Position numbers and translations under genes: made by a program. From Acidimicrobiales bacterium (GTDB lineage: Bacteria; Actinomycetota; Acidimicrobiia; Acidimicrobiales; BPGG01), in contig BPGG01000001.1 of NCBI GenBank assembly GCA_026002915.1, forward strand, positions 1,574,463-1,638,462: DNA of 64,000 bases. The letters are read 5' to 3'. Below are positions 58,114 to 64,000 of the stretch, piece by piece. The notes below the pieces were generated by a model. The model saw only the letters and a list, made by a program, of their open reading frames with translations, had not been told where the DNA came from and did not search any database. Numbering within the stretch: the stretch's first letter is position 1; each line of letters starts with the position of its first letter.

Positions 58114-59159
58114 CGGAAGGATCTCCGCCCAGCCCCGCCGCGACCCCCCGCGACTCAGCCTGGACGGGTCTGCCCGCCGACGCGGCCGGTCGCCTCCGGC
58201 TCCTGGTCGAGAGGCCACCTCATGCGGTGATGGTGGTCGGTCCCCCGGGTGCGGGAACACGGGATCTGGCGACGGCGTACGCGGCCGAGGTCCTGGCTGC
58301 CGTGTCCCCGCAACCCGATGCCGCTTTCGCGCGAGCTCTCGGTGGGAATCACTCAGACTTTTCCGTGGTCGAACGTGTGGGTCCACACATCACCGTCGAG
58401 CAGGCGCGGGAGGTAGTCAGGACGGCGAACCTCGCTCCCCGAGAGGGGCCGCGGAAGGTCGTGCTACTCGTCGATCTCCACCTCGCCGCCCAAGCCGCTG
58501 CCGTCCTTCTCAAGGTCATGGAGGAACCTCCCGCAGGCAGCCACTTCGTCGTCACTTGCGAAGAGGTGACACCCGAGTTGGAGACGGTGGCGTCGCGATG
58601 TGTCGTGATCGAGGTGACACCACCGACTGTCGACGAGATCGCTTCTCGGCTGGTGGTGGAAGGGCACGACCCGGAGACTTCTCTGGCGGTCGCTCAGATC
58701 TGCGAGCGGGACTTGGATCGCGCTCGTCTACTCGCGTCCGATCCGCGATTTGCGGAGAGGGTGGAGATGTGGTGGTCGTTACCCGGCCGACTGGACGGCC
58801 GTGGGGCGACGGTACATCGACTCGTCACCGACATACGCGAGATGCTCGACTCTGTTTCCGCGCAGCAGGAGGGATCCGGCGCGTCACAGGACCGTCGCCG
58901 GATCCGCCGTCGGATGCGGGACGCCGAGCTGAGAGCCGGTCTCGCGACCCTGTACAGGCGGTACAGAGAGTCGCTGGACCACTCCCGCGAAACCAAGCCG
59001 ATCATGGATTCGTTGCAAGAGATCACGGCTGCAGCCGAAGCCTTGGAGCGGAACGCCTCCGAAGACCTCCTGCTGGCTCACCTCCTCCTGAGTCTCCACC
59101 CCCTTCCGGAGGCGACCGGCCCGGTGGTCTCGGAGGCTTGCTCGGATCAATCCCTCTGA
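58110..59159 (+). CDS. holB: DNA polymerase III delta-prime subunit
   Basis: GTGA overlap with the tmk stop. HAVMVVGPPGAG, LLKVMEEPP and SRC motifs. Confidence 0.8.
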   Translation: MTEGSPPSPAATPRDSAWTGLPADAAGRLRLLVERPPHAVMVVGPPGAGTRDLATAYAAEVLAAVSPQPDAAFARALGGNHSDFSVVERVGPHITVEQAREVVRTANLAPREGPRKVVLLVDLHLAAQAAAVLLKVMEEPPAGSHFVVTCEEVTPELETVASRCVVIEVTPPTVDEIASRLVVEGHDPETSLAVAQICERDLDRARLLASDPRFAERVEMWWSLPGRLDGRGATVHRLVTDIREMLDSVSAQQEGSGASQDRRRIRRRMRDAELRAGLATLYRRYRESLDHSRETKPIMDSLQEITAAAEALERNASEDLLLAHLLLSLHPLPEATGPVVSEACSDQSL

Positions 59160-62100
59160 TCACCCCTGATCGACTAGTTGGTCGAGCCGGAATGGGGACT
59201 CCACGAACTTCTCGAACTCGTCCGGGGGTACGGCCGGGGAGAAGATGAACCCTTGGGCCCAGTCGCAGCCCAACTTGCGGAGACCCTCGAGTTGCCGCCG
59301 TAGCTCGACGCCCTCGGCGCACGTCTTCAGGCCGAGCGCGTCGGCCATGTGGAGCACCGCCTGCAGCACCGGCGAGCCGCCACCGTCCTCGTAGATGGCG
59401 CTGACGAAAGACCTGTCGATCTTGACGATGTCGACGGGGAAGCGGTGCAGGTAGCCGAGAGAGGAGTAGCCGGTGCCGAAGTCGTCGACCGAGACGAGCA
59501 CCCCCATCTCCTTTAGCCGGCCGATCGCCTCCAGGGCGGCCTCGCTGTCGTCGACGAGCGCCGTCTCTGTGATCTCGACCGCCAGCTGGTGGGCGGGCCA
59601 CGAGTTCTGCAGCAGGACCCGCCCGACGTTCGCGATCAAGTCCCGGGTGAGGATCTGCTTGGGCGAGAAGTTGACCGCCAACACGAAATCGTCGAGGTGG
59701 TGGCGGCGTGCCAACGCCGCGCAGCTCTCGACGGCTTGCTCGAACACGAATCTTCCCAGGCGTGCGATCAGACCTATGTCCTCGGCGAAACGGATGAACT
59801 GGTCGGGGAGGACGAGACCCCGACGGGGGTGCACCCACCTGGCCAGCGCCTCGGCCCCGACCACCCGTCCGGTCTTCAGGTCGACCTTGGGCTGGAACCA
59901 CACGGTCATCTGACGTTTCTCGAGAGCCTCGTGGAGCTCTCGCTCGAGGTCCAGGCGCGCTCGTGCGCGCTGCCTGAGACGGCGGTCGAAGGCGGCGACG
60001 TGGCCGCGGCCTTGCGACTTGGCTTCGGCTAGTGCGACGTCGGCCTGTTCGAGTAGCAGTAGCGCTTCTCCCTCGGATTCTGCGGCGTGTGCCACGCCTA
60101 TCGAAGCGGTGAGGTACACCTCGCCGACCGGCAGGCCGAACGGATCTGCGAGTGCCAACTCGATCCTGTTCACCAACGCCGCGACGTCGCCGAGGGACGG
60201 GACTCCGGTAGCCACAACCGCGAACTCGTCTGCGCTGAGACGTCCCACCATCTCGCCAGGGCGGCACGACGCCTCGAGGCGCCTTGCCAACGTGCGCAAC
60301 AACTCGTCACCCACGGCGTGCCCCACACTGTCGTTGATGGTCTTGAAGTGGTCGAGGTCCATGACGACGACGGCCACGTCTCGGCGAGACCCCGCCGCCC
60401 TCAGAGCTTCTTCTATTTGTTGGACGATCATGCGGCGGTTGGGCAGACCCGTGAGGTCGTCGTGGAGTGCGCGGTGTCGTAGCTCCTCCATCGCCCGGCT
60501 TCGTTCCAAGGCGATCGCCAACAGGTGCGCCGCGCGGAGGCCGACTCTGAGCTCGTGCTGGTCCGGTTCGCCCGGATGGGGGTACCAGGTGGTCACCACA
60601 CCGACCAGATCGTCGGTGCGAGGTTCGATGATCGGCGCAGTCCAGCCGGAGATGATCCCGAACCTCCGTGCTCGACGGAGCAACTGGCGGCTGTCGGGAT
60701 CTTTGGCCACGTCCGGGGTGACCACCGTGTCGCGAGTTCGGAGAACCTTTGCTATGGGACCGAAAGGTGGGGCGCCGTCCACGGCGCGTCTCAGCTCGTC
60801 CGGGATGCCTCGCCCCGCCCGGATCCTGCACACACCGTCTTCGATGGTGATCACGGCACAATGCGCCTCGTAGCCGGAGTTCTTCTGCACGAGACCCGCG
60901 ACTGCATCGAATATCTCGTCCATCGGTCGATCGTCGGCTATCGCGGCGAGCACCTTGGCCTCGTCGGCGAGGAGCTCGGTGAGGCGGCGCAATTCGGAGA
61001 GGTTACGAGTTGTTATCACCACTCCGCGTACGCCGGGCTCGTGCAGGAGGTTCACCGCCACGGCCTCGATGGGGACGACAGTCCCGTCTGCCCTCACCGC
61101 CCGCAATTGCGCCGTCACTTCCTTGCCGGGCTCTTCCAAGACGGACCTGAAGAGCTCCAGCGCCCTGTCGCGATCATCGGGGTGTACCACCTCGAAGGCG
61201 TTGTGCGACGCCCACCACTCCGGTGGGTAACCGAGGACGTCGGTGTACTGGCCGGTCGAGAAGAGGACTGCGCCGGTGGCGTCGACCACGGTCACCGTGT
61301 CTGCGATGTGCTCCACGATGGTGCGCAGGCGCTTCTCGCTGGCGGCGAGCCTTCGGCTGGCCTCGCGTTGGGCGGTCACGTCTTGGGCGAAGAAGACGAA
61401 GGAGCGGAGCGAACCGTCCGTTTCGTGCGTCGCTGCCGCGGAGACGAGCACGTCGAGAGCCGATCCGTCCCGTCGGTGGAGCCTGACCTCCCGTGCGGGA
61501 GCGGAGTTCGAATCCCGGACCTCCTTGATTACCAGGTCGATTTCGGCGGCATCCGTCTCGTTGCCACAGAAGGGAAGACGTGATCCCACCGTCTCGGCTG
61601 CCGTCCAACCGAAGAGCCTGGTGGCCTCGTCGTTCCATGTGAGTACCTCCGCGGTCGGGCTGAAAGAGAAGATCGCGACCGGTGCGTTGTCGAAGGTGAC
61701 CTCCAGAGCCTCGGATGCCTCTTCTGCTCTCCGCTCCGCCTCCCTGGTCGCGGTGACGTCGTGGTACTCGACCAGGATGAATGCGGGCTTGGAGTCGCTG
61801 TCGTGGACCACGCTCGCGGTGACGAGAGCCGTTCGGCTGGTCCCGTCGGGCCTCCGAATCACGAACTCACCTCGGTACGACTCCGCCTCTCCGCTGGCCC
61901 CGAGGGAGAGTTGGCGTTCGATGGAAGCCCTCTCTGCGGCGTCGCTCAGATCGAGGGCGTTCATGCCTTCCAGCTCTTCGCGGCTGCGACCGTGCAGCTC
62001 GCAGCATGCGCGGTTCACCCTGATGAAGTTGCCTTCGAAGTCGACGGCCGCTATTCCAAAGGGAGCCTCCTCGAAGATGCGCGGGAACCAGTCATCTGCC

Positions 62101-62321
62101 GATGCGTCTCCCCCGGCGGGGGGCCGCCAATTCTCCAGCGCGTCTCGGAGGGCCGAGTCCATCCGTCCCCCTCGTCCCCCGGGCGTCCGCCCGCCTGGCC
62201 CGAGCGTAGACCCGCGTCGAGATCTTGTCATGCGGTGTCGGCCGAGCAGGATGCCCGAAATGGGGGACGAGGGGGTGAAATGCCGGACGATCGAGCGTTG
62301 ATCGGCGAACTCCCGCGCCAC
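59160..62321 (-). CDS. Multi-PAS/GAF-GGDEF-EAL c-di-GMP signalling protein
   Basis: 1053 aa. The GGDEF domain carries RLSADEF at the signature position. The EAL domain is intact (EALARW, EITE, DDFGTGYSSL, KIDRSF, EGVE). The start is uncertain. Confidence 0.9.
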   Translation of the reverse strand: MAREFADQRSIVRHFTPSSPISGILLGRHRMTRSRRGSTLGPGGRTPGGRGGRMDSALRDALENWRPPAGGDASADDWFPRIFEEAPFGIAAVDFEGNFIRVNRACCELHGRSREELEGMNALDLSDAAERASIERQLSLGASGEAESYRGEFVIRRPDGTSRTALVTASVVHDSDSKPAFILVEYHDVTATREAERRAEEASEALEVTFDNAPVAIFSFSPTAEVLTWNDEATRLFGWTAAETVGSRLPFCGNETDAAEIDLVIKEVRDSNSAPAREVRLHRRDGSALDVLVSAAATHETDGSLRSFVFFAQDVTAQREASRRLAASEKRLRTIVEHIADTVTVVDATGAVLFSTGQYTDVLGYPPEWWASHNAFEVVHPDDRDRALELFRSVLEEPGKEVTAQLRAVRADGTVVPIEAVAVNLLHEPGVRGVVITTRNLSELRRLTELLADEAKVLAAIADDRPMDEIFDAVAGLVQKNSGYEAHCAVITIEDGVCRIRAGRGIPDELRRAVDGAPPFGPIAKVLRTRDTVVTPDVAKDPDSRQLLRRARRFGIISGWTAPIIEPRTDDLVGVVTTWYPHPGEPDQHELRVGLRAAHLLAIALERSRAMEELRHRALHDDLTGLPNRRMIVQQIEEALRAAGSRRDVAVVVMDLDHFKTINDSVGHAVGDELLRTLARRLEASCRPGEMVGRLSADEFAVVATGVPSLGDVAALVNRIELALADPFGLPVGEVYLTASIGVAHAAESEGEALLLLEQADVALAEAKSQGRGHVAAFDRRLRQRARARLDLERELHEALEKRQMTVWFQPKVDLKTGRVVGAEALARWVHPRRGLVLPDQFIRFAEDIGLIARLGRFVFEQAVESCAALARRHHLDDFVLAVNFSPKQILTRDLIANVGRVLLQNSWPAHQLAVEITETALVDDSEAALEAIGRLKEMGVLVSVDDFGTGYSSLGYLHRFPVDIVKIDRSFVSAIYEDGGGSPVLQAVLHMADALGLKTCAEGVELRRQLEGLRKLGCDWAQGFIFSPAVPPDEFEKFVESPFRLDQLVDQG

Positions 62322-62389
62322 CGAGCGACCCGGCGGAAGCCCGGCATGATGTCGGTCTTCGCCGACGCTGGTAGGTTGGCGGGCGGTCG

Positions 62390-62462
62390 GCCCGGGTAGC
62401 TCAGCCGGTAGAGCAGCTCACTCGTAATGAGCAGGCCAGGGGTTCGAGTCCCCTCCCGGGCT
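62390..62462 (+). tRNA. tRNA-Thr (CGT)
   Basis: GCCCGGGTAGCTCAGCCGGTAGAGCAGCTCACTCGTAATGAGCAGGCCAGGGGTTCGAGTCCCCTCCCGGGCT. Anticodon loop CTCGTAA. Confidence 0.9.
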
Positions 62463-62607
62463 CCCCTTTCTCGACCTGGAAGTGTCTCTTGATGCTCAGG
62501 CGACTCCCCTGGACCTTGGGCTCATCCGGGTCGGTCGAGGCGGCCTCGAGCGTCGAGGCTTCCAACCACGTGTGTTGCGGGTGCACCGTGAAAGGACACA
62601 GAGCGTC

Positions 62608-63786
62608 GTGACGGCGACATCTGATCTGCGACGAGCGATCTCCGCTGCGCTTCCTTTGTTGGGTGGCCTCGCATTGCTGATGGTGAGCACGGGGATCCAA
62701 GCCCCGCTTGTGGGTCTGCGCGCAGAGGCCGAGGGGTTCGACACCCTCGCGACCGGCGTGGTGATGTCTGCCTACTATCTCGGCTTCCTGGTCGGCTCGC
62801 GGTACACGCCGGCGTTGGTGCGCAGAGTCGGCCACGTGCGCGTCTTCGCCGCGCTCGCGTCACTCGCCTCCTCGTCGATCGTGGTCCTTCCGCTGGCGGT
62901 GCACCCGGCTGCGTGGGTGCTTCTGCGAACTCTCCTGGGCGCCTCGATGGCAGGGCTGTACCTGACGGTGGAATCGTGGCTGAACTCTCTCGTCGGCAAC
63001 CAGAGCCGGGGCAGCCTCCTCGGAACGTACATCCTCACGTCGATGTGCGCGATGAGTGTCGGCCAGATGCTCTCCGGTACGGCGCCTCCCACCGACGTGA
63101 CGCTCTTCGTGGTGGCTTCGGTGCTGTCTTCGACCTCCCTGGTGCCGCTGGCGCTCTCTTCCGGTCGGCCTCCTCGGGTCGAACGTGCTCCCTCGGTCGA
63201 CCCTGGGACCATCCTGCGCAAGTCCCCAGCGGGCTTCGCCACAGCGCTCCTCGCAGGCGCGACGGAAGGTTCTCTGTTCACGATGACGGCCCTGTGGGGA
63301 ACGCGCTCGGGATTCTCCGACGCCCAGGTAGGGCTCATGCTCTCTGCCGCCACCTTCGGGGCGGTGACCACACTCCTACCGCTGGGGCACACCTCGGATC
63401 GGCTGGGACGGCGTCTCGTCATAGGTGTCACTTCGATCGCTGCGGCGGTGGCGGCCGCGTTTGTCTCGTCGACCGGGCCGTTTGGGTGGGGCACGGTGGC
63501 GGTCTTCTTCGCGTTCGGGGCACTGGCCATCCCCCACTACTGCCTCGGCGCGGCTCTCGTGAACGATCGACTACGACCGGCAGAGATGGTCACTGCCGGG
63601 GGGATGCTCGTGTCCTCTTTCGGACTGGGGGCCATAGCGGGCCCCATGGTCGTGGCCGTGCTGGTCGAACTGATGGGTACGGACGGCTTTCCCGTGTCGT
63701 TGGCTCTCTTTCAGCTCGCCTCCGCTGCGGGTGTGATCCTCGGAGAGCGACGGCCCGTCAGAGCTGTGCCGGAGGGTGTCGGGTAG
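62608..63786 (+). CDS. MFS transporter
   Basis: GTG at 62608. 392 aa, about 12 TM segments. GFLVGSRYTPALVRRVGHVRV loop motif. Confidence 0.75.
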   Translation: MTATSDLRRAISAALPLLGGLALLMVSTGIQAPLVGLRAEAEGFDTLATGVVMSAYYLGFLVGSRYTPALVRRVGHVRVFAALASLASSSIVVLPLAVHPAAWVLLRTLLGASMAGLYLTVESWLNSLVGNQSRGSLLGTYILTSMCAMSVGQMLSGTAPPTDVTLFVVASVLSSTSLVPLALSSGRPPRVERAPSVDPGTILRKSPAGFATALLAGATEGSLFTMTALWGTRSGFSDAQVGLMLSAATFGAVTTLLPLGHTSDRLGRRLVIGVTSIAAAVAAAFVSSTGPFGWGTVAVFFAFGALAIPHYCLGAALVNDRLRPAEMVTAGGMLVSSFGLGAIAGPMVVAVLVELMGTDGFPVSLALFQLASAAGVILGERRPVRAVPEGVG

Positions 63787-63795
63787 GCTGGCCCG

Positions 63796-64000
63796 GTGGC
63801 GGATCGGGCGAAGTTCGTCGAGCAGGCAATGGCGCACCTCGATTCGCTGTACTCCGCCGCCCTTCGCATGACTCGCAATCGTGAGGACGCGGAGGACCTC
63901 GTCCAAGAGACGTATATGAAGGCCTTCAAGGCTTACGACTCTTTTCGTGAAGGGACCAACCTGAAGGCGTGGCTCTTCCGCATCCTGACGAACAGTTACA
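63796..64000 (+). CDS. ECF sigma factor, SigH/SigR-like (5' partial, runs off the window)
   Basis: Not in the ORF track because there is no stop. Translation [68 protein letters not shown] contains region 2. Confidence 0.8.
   Translation, partial: MADRAKFVEQAMAHLDSLYSAALRMTRNREDAEDLVQETYMKAFKAYDSFREGTNLKAWLFRILTNSY

Noticed and set aside
62322-62607. Checked the flanks of tRNA-Thr for an integrated element (att-like repeat of the tRNA 3' end, integrase, AT-rich island).
   Set aside because: No integrase or recombinase ORF, no visible duplication of the tRNA 3' end and no compositional shift. The next gene is an ordinary MFS transporter.

Overview
Visibly very GC-rich, gene-dense 64-kb segment that reads as core chromosome of a high-GC Gram-positive (Actinomycetota-type) bacterium. 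I can support about 67 protein genes and 4 tRNAs (Phe, Asp, Glu, Thr). I found no rRNA, CRISPR array, IS element, integrase or prophage signature. Many gene junctions are GTGA/ATGA/TTGA start-stop overlaps, so operon structure is tight. Content from left to right: orphan ParA, malic enzyme, HAD hydrolase and crotonase; a tRNA cluster; ClpS with its neighbour protein; a Bacillus-type caa3 oxidase cluster (ctaA <-> ctaB ... ctaCDEFG); an ABC-2 exporter; serS; a crcB pair; ccdA and a tlpA-like gene; an Fe-S trio (mrp, ArsR/SufR-like regulator, A-type carrier); a 2Fe-2S/XDH-like fusion; RidA; an MBL hydrolase; a nitrogen block (GlnR-like regulator, two glutamine synthetases, glnE, nadE); a ferritin-like gene trio; a sigma-70 factor; an actinobacterial Tad/Flp pilus neighbourhood (HAD-IB, Ssd/CpaE-like, TadA/B/C, DUF4244 pilin, TadE-like); an anti-sigma kinase; nhaA; a NarL-type regulator; an acyl-CoA dehydrogenase; topA-MFS-tmk-holB; a large PAS-GGDEF-EAL protein; and the 5' end of a SigH/SigR-like ECF sigma gene. 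The most unusual item is a three-gene insertion between ctaB and ctaC (8586..11778). It encodes a heme-copper oxidase subunit I paralogue that has lost most metal ligands, a subunit III paralogue and an unknown polytopic membrane protein. Secondary leads are: a translationally coupled ferritin-like/DUF455 trio; a compact 2Fe-2S/molybdo-hydroxylase-like fusion; four 11-bp-phased xxxAC sites between the two glutamine synthetase genes, next to an atypical OmpR-type regulator; a Flp-type pilin with a 45-aa leader; and a Tad neighbourhood that lacks its usual helicase and anti-anti-sigma partners. All functional calls come from reading motifs by eye. No database search was run.
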